From an uncultured virus (IMG/VR IMGVR_UViG_3300022198_000015) (lineage: Duplodnaviria > Heunggongvirae > Uroviricota > Caudoviricetes), in IMG/VR virus record IMGVR_UViG_3300022198_000015: a DNA stretch of 20,000 bases; one strand, given 5' to 3'. A program made the translations under genes and the position numbers. Shown piece by piece: positions 7,022 through 13,475 of this stretch; the stretch's first letter is position 1; the number at the start of each line of letters is the position of its first letter. The notes beneath the pieces are model-generated. The model worked only from the letters and a program-made list of their open reading frames with translations, was not told where the DNA came from and did not search any database.

Positions 7022-8461
7022 TTATAAAGCTGCTATGCGTGATTGAAAATCAGCGAAGTCTGTAGAAGCTGCTGTTACTGTTTTAAGACTAGTTGTAGTA
7101 ATAATATTAGTAGGTACCCATTTACTGCCATTCCAGGTTAAACCTTGATCAGTAGTGGGTACCGTAGTACTAGTATCAACATCATCAAAGGTATTTATAG
7201 AAGATGCTGTATAGCCATCTCCTTTAACGTAAGCAGTACTTGGAGGTGTAAAAGTAGTTCCATTATAACGAGCAACACCGTATGTTTGCCTATATAAGTC
7301 TATAACAGTACCATAGCCACCTATTTCTAAGCTGGTTTGACAATACATAGAATAGCTAGTAGTTTCTACGGCACTTGCAACTCCATTAACGTGTAAACGC
7401 CATGCAGCAGATCCTGATTGTCTTGTTAAAGCAATATGATTCCAAGAACCTTTAGTAATAGTATTCTGATGTGTCATAACTACAGAATTATATTTAAACC
7501 AAGACACAGCACCACTAGTCCCATTAATCCTTATACCACCCGAAAGGGAAGAAACAGTACTAGTAAAGTATACTGCATAAAAATTAGAAGTCGAGGCCCA
7601 ATCACGCATCCAGAATTCTAAAGTAAGAGCAGTACCATCAGCAGGCATATTTAAGGAGCTTGGCGGTGAATTAATTTTAATTTTTTCGTACAAACAGCCC
7701 GAACCCGCCTTAGGATTAGTATCTATAATTGAGCCAATAGGGCTATAACCTGTACCAGCAATAGTATTATTTAAAGGGGAATCATCGATTATATTTGCAG
7801 GAGTAGTGCCTGCAGGATGATCAAAGTTTAATTGTAAAACGGTAGAGTTATAATCTGCATCAATCCCATCTAAATTACTAGAAGCCAGCTTAGTGGTACT
7901 CGGCACCCATGCCACCCCATTCCAAACCAAAGGATACCCTACTTGTAAAGTAGCACTAGTATCTACGTCGCTTAAATCATTAAGTGCTGCCGCTCCAGCG
8001 GCAATATCACCCGGCTCCCATGTACCAGCAGTATCATCCCAAGTTAAAACTTGACCATCGGTAGGTGCCGTAGTGGCTGTATCAACATCACTTAAGTCAT
8101 TAAGTTCTGTAGCTCCAGATGTAATAGTCCCAGGCTTCCAGTGAAGCGTAGAACTATCCCAAATTAAAGATTGACCATCAGCAGGAGCTACCGTGCTAGT
8201 ATCAACATCCGCTAAGTCATCAATATTGTTTACTGTGCCACCGATAGCAATATAGGCCGAACCACTCCAGCGATAAGTAGTACCAGCATCAATAGCTACA
8301 TAGATCTTGCCAGTCTCGCCGGTGACTGGGAAGCTTGCAAAATCAGCGTACTCCAGAACGTCGTCAACGTAACTAGGCAATAAATCACTAGAAATCTGAC
8401 CATTCTCTAAAGGAACAGTATCGTCAAAAGTGCCAGTAAAAGGGTTAAAAGTGTAAGGCAT
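7022..8461 (-). CDS. Fibre/virion protein with 40-aa repeats and a LamG/ConA-like domain
   Basis: FNPFTG N-terminus; LPSYVDDVLEY...YRWSGSAY; LNDLSDVD repeats; LamG-like TLEFW, WNHIALTR and GVARY...FTPP; C-terminal STDFADFQSRIAAL. Confidence 0.8.
   Translation of the reverse strand: MPYTFNPFTGTFDDTVPLENGQISSDLLPSYVDDVLEYADFASFPVTGETGKIYVAIDAGTTYRWSGSAYIAIGGTVNNIDDLADVDTSTVAPADGQSLIWDSSTLHWKPGTITSGATELNDLSDVDTATTAPTDGQVLTWDDTAGTWEPGDIAAGAAALNDLSDVDTSATLQVGYPLVWNGVAWVPSTTKLASSNLDGIDADYNSTVLQLNFDHPAGTTPANIIDDSPLNNTIAGTGYSPIGSIIDTNPKAGSGCLYEKIKINSPPSSLNMPADGTALTLEFWMRDWASTSNFYAVYFTSTVSSLSGGIRINGTSGAVSWFKYNSVVMTHQNTITKGSWNHIALTRQSGSAAWRLHVNGVASAVETTSYSMYCQTSLEIGGYGTVIDLYRQTYGVARYNGTTFTPPSTAYVKGDGYTASSINTFDDVDTSTTVPTTDQGLTWNGSKWVPTNIITTTSLKTVTAASTDFADFQSRIAAL
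7905..8230 (-). repeat. Three degenerate 120-bp (40-aa) tandem repeats
   Basis: An exact 120-nt period is visible (cttaaatcattaag 7971 / cttaagtcattaag 8091; atcccaa 8036 / 8156). A fourth copy lies near 7110-7195. Boundaries are approximate. Confidence 0.8.
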
Positions 8462-8474
8462 TTATTTGCTCCTA

Positions 8475-8666
8475 TTAGTAGTTAGTCTTGGTGACAGTTT
8501 CAACATTACCACTACCGTCATAGGTAATAGCCTGAGTAGCTACAGTGGTACCACTAGCCCCTCCAATTTTGTACGTAACTAAGGTTAATTTACCTGCAGT
8601 ATAAGTATTATGAATGTAATCATGAGCCGGGATATTCATCCCGCGAGTGGCTAAAGTAGTTGCCAT
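8475..8666 (-). CDS. Small beta-rich virion-type protein
   Basis: 63 aa, IPAHDYI..TY...VTYKIGGASGTTVAT...YD. AGGAGG SD and its own promoter motif. Confidence 0.75.
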   Translation of the reverse strand: MATTLATRGMNIPAHDYIHNTYTAGKLTLVTYKIGGASGTTVATQAITYDGSGNVETVTKTNY

Positions 8667-8694
8667 AATGCCCTCCTACGGCATTTTGTTATCC

Positions 8695-8703
8695 TAGGTT
8701 ACC
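8695..8703 (-). promoter_or_regulatory. Promoter-like motif GGTAACCTA
   Basis: Immediately after the capsid terminator, 29 nt upstream of ATG 8666. Confidence 0.7.
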
Positions 8704-8706
8704 CAT

Positions 8707-8730
8707 AAAAAAAAGCCCCCCGAAGGAGGC
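8707..8730 (-). terminator. Rho-independent terminator after the major capsid gene
   Basis: GCCTCC-TTCG-GGGGGC followed by T8. Confidence 0.9.
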
Positions 8731-8752
8731 CTTTATCTAGTTAATGCTTAGA

Positions 8753-9643
8753 TCAGACGCTAGCAGTAGCATCAATACCAGCCAGGCGAGCAGCAGCACG
8801 ACCATTGATCAGAGCCAGACCGCAGTACCATTCAACGCGGGTGATTAGTTGAGGCTGGGTGTGCGATTCGCCAAGCTCACGCACGTTCACGCCACCGTTC
8901 TGAATACCAGTCAGATGATCGTTGCCGAAGGACACGACATACAGATCTTGGGCGCTGGGGGTACCATCGAGGATCGCCACGTTCTTGTGGTCACGATCAA
9001 GCTCCAGCACAGGAATGCCGGAGTAGCTGAGCTGCTGGTAGCCGAACTCGGTACGCTCGATATCGATCTGACCATTAGCACGGGCGTGCTTGCTCAGATG
9101 ACGACGCAGGGACTTGGAACAGACAATGTACTTGCTACCGCCCTGGGCATCCACGTTGTCAATAGCCTCATCCAGCTTGTTCAGATCCAGAGCACCGCCA
9201 CCGTTGGCGAAGTACTGGGAAGAACCAGACTTGATGCGAGCAGCCAGACCATCAAACTCAGCCGGCGACTGGTTGGAGTCACCATTGATGAACAGAGCTT
9301 CCCAAGCCAGACGCATGGCACGCACACGGGCCTGGATCTGATAAGCCTTGGCCTCGGGACCTTCCAGCTCAACGATAGCGCGATCAACTTTGATGTCGCC
9401 ACCGAACAGCTTCAGGCTCTCGGACTGCTGGCTCACTTCAGCATAGCTCTCAGCCAGAGAACCATTATAGTTACGGAAGCCCACATCCGGCAGCGACTCT
9501 TCACGCTTCCAGAACAGACCGTTGCCTTCGATAGAACGGAAGGGCAGAGCCGACAGCAGCTGACCAGCAGCTAATTCGGTAATAACAGCAAGCTCTTGAA
9601 CATTACGAGCATGCTTCTTAGCTTGAAGCAGGGTTAAAGCCAT
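8753..9643 (-). CDS. Major capsid protein
   Basis: LPFRSIEGN...REESLPDVGFR, FGGDIKVDR, FINGD...EFDGL, TRVEWYCGLA...AAARL. Lies downstream of the scaffold gene, with a strong SD, biased codons and a terminator. Confidence 0.9.
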   Translation of the reverse strand: MALTLLQAKKHARNVQELAVITELAAGQLLSALPFRSIEGNGLFWKREESLPDVGFRNYNGSLAESYAEVSQQSESLKLFGGDIKVDRAIVELEGPEAKAYQIQARVRAMRLAWEALFINGDSNQSPAEFDGLAARIKSGSSQYFANGGGALDLNKLDEAIDNVDAQGGSKYIVCSKSLRRHLSKHARANGQIDIERTEFGYQQLSYSGIPVLELDRDHKNVAILDGTPSAQDLYVVSFGNDHLTGIQNGGVNVRELGESHTQPQLITRVEWYCGLALINGRAAARLAGIDATASV

Positions 9644-9680
9644 AGTAAAAAACTCCTTTTAGATGAAATGAACAAAGATC

Positions 9681-9770
9681 AGGGTGATTCGTTTAAACAG
9701 CATCGCACTGTATCAAACGCGACACCCTTTCCTGTCCACCTCGTCACGATTAGGAGGGTTAGGGTATCTC
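9681..9770 (-). ncRNA. Candidate structured 5' leader of the capsid mRNA
   Basis: GAUACCCU/AGGGUGUC stem; CGUUUGA-U-ACAGU-GCGAU-GCUGU-UUAAACG hairpin; alternative pairing partner CACCCU. Confidence 0.6.
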
Positions 9771-9776
9771 TATAAA

Positions 9777-9785
9777 TAGAATACC
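9777..9785 (-). promoter_or_regulatory. Promoter-like motif GGTATTCTA (capsid)
   Basis: Between the scaffold terminator and the structured leader. Confidence 0.72.
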
Positions 9786-9795
9786 AATTAATAAT

Positions 9796-9818
9796 AAAAA
9801 ACCCCTAAAATTAGGGGC
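9796..9818 (-). terminator. Rho-independent terminator after the scaffold gene
   Basis: GCCCCTA-ATTT-TAGGGGT followed by TTTTT. Confidence 0.8.
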
Positions 9819-9842
9819 ATTTTGGTAAACTAGGGGTTACTA

Positions 9843-10568
9843 TTAACTAAAAGCTCGCTGGAATAATTGATCAGGATCCAGACTATCCAGGTCTTCAGTA
9901 GGCATACCATTAGCATCAGTTCCACCGTAGCCGAGGCCAGCACCAGAACCCTTGGTTCCTTTAAAGAAAGCACCGTAGATAGGATGATGCTTAAAACTGG
10001 AGACAAACTCTTCTGGCGAAATGCGCTTACCAGATTCTTTATCCAACACTGGATCGCCCTGCAGATCCACTACAGTAAGAGAGCCATCAGATTCTTGACG
10101 GAAACGACCACCCAACTGATCAGCCAGCATATCAAAGAACGATACGCCATCAGCCGCATCAGTCCGACCACCAGCTGCAAAGAAAACTTTCTCTAGAGCA
10201 TACCGCTTCTGAAATTCCTGCATCCGACGCTCAGCAGCCTCAGCACGAGTAGCAGCCTCTTCCGCTTGCTTAGAGTACTTCAATTCAATAGCTTCTTTCG
10301 CTTCACCATACTGGGCTTGTAATTGAGCAGCCCGTGCCACTTCCTCCTGCAATTTAGCATATTCATCAGGATTAATATTTGCAAAACGCTCAAGTTGAGC
10401 GGCGCGTTCTTTAGCTTCTTTTTCATAATTTTTACGAGTCTCACGTTCGGCCTTCAGGGCTTTCATGAGATTTTCAACTTCACCTTCAGTAAAGACTTTG
10501 CCCTTCTCGGGCGTAACAGTAGTCTCAACTTCGGCCACAGGAGTTTGAATAGATTCCTCAGACATCAC
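9843..10568 (-). CDS. Capsid scaffolding protein
   Basis: Long E/K/A-rich coiled coil and C-terminal FFKGTKGSGAG tail, directly upstream of the capsid gene. Start is GTG 10568 or ATG 10565. Confidence 0.8.
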   Translation of the reverse strand: MMSEESIQTPVAEVETTVTPEKGKVFTEGEVENLMKALKAERETRKNYEKEAKERAAQLERFANINPDEYAKLQEEVARAAQLQAQYGEAKEAIELKYSKQAEEAATRAEAAERRMQEFQKRYALEKVFFAAGGRTDAADGVSFFDMLADQLGGRFRQESDGSLTVVDLQGDPVLDKESGKRISPEEFVSSFKHHPIYGAFFKGTKGSGAGLGYGGTDANGMPTEDLDSLDPDQLFQRAFS

Positions 10569-10589
10569 GACTAGAGATAAAGTGTCCTA

Positions 10590-10598
10590 TAGTATACC
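10590..10598 (-). promoter_or_regulatory. Promoter-like motif GGTATACTA
   Basis: 22-25 nt upstream of the scaffold start. Confidence 0.72.
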
Positions 10599-10604
10599 TA
10601 ATAG

Positions 10605-10994
10605 TTACCTAGGCCATTTATTTTTAGGACATAATAAACTAGGCTCAGCCGCTATCCATGTTTTTGCTTCCATGAAACACCCACATTCAGAGCACCGTTT
10701 AGAATCTTCAATAAAATGAGGACATTCTAAGCAAATATCATACCGCTCTTGCCTAATCTCAGAATTAACTTTACCATTTGATGCTAAGTATCCAACATTT
10801 TTTAATAAACCAGAGGCCATTTTTGCTGCACTAGCTTTGACCACAGTATCATGTTTAATGGCTTTAAACTGAGGTACCTGTTTTTTTGTATTTTCCACTG
10901 GCCAAGTTTCTGGTTTAGGCCAAGGGCATACTGGGCCTATAGGAGCTATTCCATTACAAGATAAATCCTCAGCGGTTAATCTTAAAGAGGCCAT
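10605..10994 (-). CDS. DUF6171-like Cys-cluster protein
   Basis: RYDICLECPHF...RCSECGCFMEAK...CPKNKW. Confidence 0.7.
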   Translation of the reverse strand: MASLRLTAEDLSCNGIAPIGPVCPWPKPETWPVENTKKQVPQFKAIKHDTVVKASAAKMASGLLKNVGYLASNGKVNSEIRQERYDICLECPHFIEDSKRCSECGCFMEAKTWIAAEPSLLCPKNKWPR

Positions 10995-11013
10995 ATTAAA
11001 GACTAAACTGCTC

Positions 11014-11022
11014 TAGTCTACC
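11014..11022 (-). promoter_or_regulatory. Promoter-like motif GGTAGACTA, overlapping the upstream Trp and stop codons
   Basis: 20 nt upstream of ATG 10994. Confidence 0.65.
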
Positions 11023-11587
11023 AAGTACTTAAAGCAGCTCTTTTCCAGGTATTTATAGCTATACAAATATACAAATAACCCGCTCCAAATCTTATTTCAC
11101 CTTCTTCGCCTGTATCTGTGCTTAAATTAGGAGGTGCCACAGTTGTTATTTTTTCTAAAACTACTTCTTTATTTATAAATTGTGTATTCACTACATCCCA
11201 ACTTAAGATATCACCAGAAACTAAAGAAGTAGTACTAATATCTACATCATTAAAAACATCAATACTATAATTGTAAGCACTTGTAACAGGATCAATGTAT
11301 ACAATAGGTGGACCACTACGCCATTGCCATACAGGTCCCATATAGACAATAGGTACCCACGCAGTAACTACAGGATTTTGAAAATCAACATCTTGGTATC
11401 TTTCTAAAGAATGAGGCTTTATATTTAAAGGTGTTAAATTACTCCAAGTCTGATTACCATCACCAACTCTTGCATAATTAGTATCAGAACTAATCGCAAA
11501 TTCACCAGGCTCAAGAACTAATGTACTATTTTGCCATACACTATAAGTATCTATTTTTTGTTTAAATCTAGCGGAAGTAGTAGTCAT
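11018..11587 (-). CDS. Short fibre-like protein with an Mtd_N-like N-terminal domain
   Basis: VLEPGEFAISSDTNYARVGDGNQTWSNL; C-terminal GEIRFGAGYLYIC...WKRAALSTW. Confidence 0.75.
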   Translation of the reverse strand: MTTTSARFKQKIDTYSVWQNSTLVLEPGEFAISSDTNYARVGDGNQTWSNLTPLNIKPHSLERYQDVDFQNPVVTAWVPIVYMGPVWQWRSGPPIVYIDPVTSAYNYSIDVFNDVDISTTSLVSGDILSWDVVNTQFINKEVVLEKITTVAPPNLSTDTGEEGEIRFGAGYLYICIAINTWKRAALSTW

Positions 11588-11593
11588 ATTATC

Positions 11594-12874
11594 TCACCAA
11601 GTATTTAAAGGGCTACGTACCCACGTATTAGTGGCCGTGCATACGTACACATAAGAACTATCATACCTGATCTCTCCTGTTGAACCTGTATCAGTAGCAC
11701 TAGTTGGGGCCGCTGTATTAGTTATCTTTTTACCTGTAATATCACCAAGAATAAATTGTGAGGTGGCTCCATCCCAAACTAAAGTTTGCCCATTTGAAGG
11801 AATTCCAGTTATATTTACGTCTGAATGTTCTTTTATGCTATAAATTAATGTAGGACTAGTAACTGAACTACTAGGAACTTCTACTAAAGGAGGGGTAAAA
11901 TCTGTAGTATATCTAGCTACTGCTTTTGTTATTCTAAAGTCATCTATATATCCTTTAAATCCTACAGAAGTGACAGTATTAGTTGTCGTACTAGTACCCA
12001 GATACATAATAGGCGGACTAGATGAATATATAGGTAAGCTACCATTTGCAGTATCTTCAGCTATTTTAACGCCATTAATATAAACGCGCACAGAAGTACT
12101 ATCTTTACATGCCGATAAATAAACCCAAGTATTAACTGGAATGCTGTTTCTAAAAGCCGTAGGAGGGGATAAACTTGCTGAAGGAGCTGAGCCTGAATAA
12201 CTCCAAGTAACTACTGGATAATATGTAGTAGAGGTACTCTTAACAAAATATATTGAAAAAGGAATAGAGTAGAAAAACTGCATATTAGTGGAACTAGTAG
12301 CTTCTACATATACCCATGTGTCTATAGTTAAACCAGCAGACCCGAAAGGAAATCCTTGATTATTAGCAGCAAGTACTCGTAAACCTTGAGCCGTAGCTAT
12401 AGTATTGTTAAAAAATCCTGAAGTATAACCGTATTTAACTTGTGTTGTAGAATGTATAGGAGTTCCTTGTATAGTTAAAGGCGTATTAAAACTACTAGAG
12501 TCATTAAAATTACTAGTCCCAGCTACTCCATTAAACTTCAAAAGTAATGTAACATCGTCATAATAAGTATCTGTACTAGGGTCTAAATAACCAATAACAG
12601 GACCAGGAACCCATTCATTTGTGTTACTATTATATATTAATGTGGTGCCTTCGCTAGGAGTACTGGAAATATTAACATCAGCTATATCATTAATACTAAT
12701 AGGTTCTACTTCTACATATAAAAGACTGTTCCAAAGTGAGTTACCATCACCTATTTTAACTTTATTAGTATCGCTTTCTACCCCAAGTTCTCCAGCTAGT
12801 AATAAAGGATTTACAGTAGCCCAATTCGCTGCTGTATCATATCTTTGTTGCTGCCGAGCATCTATAACAGTCAT
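11594..12874 (-). CDS. Fibre protein with Mtd_N-like and LamG/ConA-like domains
   Basis: QQRYDTAANWATVNPLLLAGELGVESDTNKVKIGDG; DDVTLLLKFNG...TIDTWVY...FKGYIDDFRITKAVARYTTDFTPP; shared C-terminal motif. Confidence 0.82.
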   Translation of the reverse strand: MTVIDARQQQRYDTAANWATVNPLLLAGELGVESDTNKVKIGDGNSLWNSLLYVEVEPISINDIADVNISSTPSEGTTLIYNSNTNEWVPGPVIGYLDPSTDTYYDDVTLLLKFNGVAGTSNFNDSSSFNTPLTIQGTPIHSTTQVKYGYTSGFFNNTIATAQGLRVLAANNQGFPFGSAGLTIDTWVYVEATSSTNMQFFYSIPFSIYFVKSTSTTYYPVVTWSYSGSAPSASLSPPTAFRNSIPVNTWVYLSACKDSTSVRVYINGVKIAEDTANGSLPIYSSSPPIMYLGTSTTTNTVTSVGFKGYIDDFRITKAVARYTTDFTPPLVEVPSSSVTSPTLIYSIKEHSDVNITGIPSNGQTLVWDGATSQFILGDITGKKITNTAAPTSATDTGSTGEIRYDSSYVYVCTATNTWVRSPLNTW

Positions 12875-12893
12875 TATGAAGGTAACGCTAGTG

Positions 12894-12902
12894 TAGTATA
12901 CC
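12894..12902 (-). promoter_or_regulatory. Promoter-like motif GGTATACTA
   Basis: 20 nt upstream of ATG 12874. Confidence 0.72.
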
Positions 12903-12904
12903 TA

Positions 12905-13126
12905 CTAAGTCAAGGCCCCAGCTGCTCTAAGAATATCTGTAGCCGGGTTGCTAGCACTCCCAGCTTGAATAAAATCTAAGATTAAAGTACTAGAATCTTT
13001 AGCTGTATACACAATATGATTTCTAGCATATAGAAGGTTACTACCTAAAAAAATCACATCAGCTTCTCTAGAGCCAAAAAAAATTTTGTAAGCTGAATTG
13101 GTACCTAACTGTATAGCAGTTGTCAT
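12905..13126 (-). CDS. Small fibre-associated protein
   Basis: IQLG....KIFFGS....IFLGSNLLY repeat pattern. Start corrected to ATG 13126, just after the upstream stop. Confidence 0.65.
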   Translation of the reverse strand: MTTAIQLGTNSAYKIFFGSREADVIFLGSNLLYARNHIVYTAKDSSTLILDFIQAGSASNPATDILRAAGALT

Positions 13127-13127
13127 A

Positions 13128-13436
13128 TCACAACACAATATACAAAGTAGCCGCATCTTTAACAGTTAAAGCTGTGTACTCAGCTGCAGTTAAAGAGACA
13201 ATATTTTTAATACGAGTTTCTCCGGTTATATTATTAGTTCTAGAAGCTATCGAAGGGATAACTACAGCATCTCCATTATTATTTACAGTATAAATAGCTT
13301 CAGATCCTGCATCAATACCTACAACTAATTCTCCAGGTAAAATAGTATCAGGGCCAGTACTAGAAATATCACTTAATAAAGTACTTTCTGGGTCCTCACT
13401 GTATTTTAATCTAATTCGGCGTAATTCAGCAGCCAT
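13128..13436 (-). CDS. Small tail-fibre-type protein
   Basis: PGELVVG...IYT and C-terminal SLTAAEYTALTVKDAATLYIV, a motif familiar from phage fibre proteins. Confidence 0.7.
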   Translation of the reverse strand: MAAELRRIRLKYSEDPESTLLSDISSTGPDTILPGELVVGIDAGSEAIYTVNNNGDAVVIPSIASRTNNITGETRIKNIVSLTAAEYTALTVKDAATLYIVL

Positions 13437-13455
13437 ACGTACTCTTAAGCTAGTT

Positions 13456-13464
13456 TAGTTTACC
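13456..13464 (-). promoter_or_regulatory. Promoter-like motif GGTAAACTA
   Basis: 20 nt upstream of ATG 13436. Confidence 0.72.
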
Positions 13465-13475
13465 ATTAACATCAC

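Noticed and set aside
7905..8230. CRISPR-like array
   Set aside because: The repeats are degenerate, in-frame 120-bp protein-coding units, not identical repeats with unique spacers.
8849..9574. 241-aa plus-strand ORF antisense to the capsid gene (likewise 5254..5511, 5333..5605, 6061..6468, 3330..3866, 9867..10196)
   Set aside because: Shadow ORFs expected from biased, GC-rich codon usage on the coding strand. They have no recognisable motifs or start signals.
9681..9770. tRNA gene in the scaffold-capsid gap
   Set aside because: No cloverleaf, no TTCRA T-loop and no acceptor stem. Treated as an mRNA leader instead.
11018..12874. Diversity-generating retroelement suggested by the Mtd_N-like domains
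   Set aside because: No reverse transcriptase and no near-identical template/variable repeat pair differing at adenines are visible in the window.
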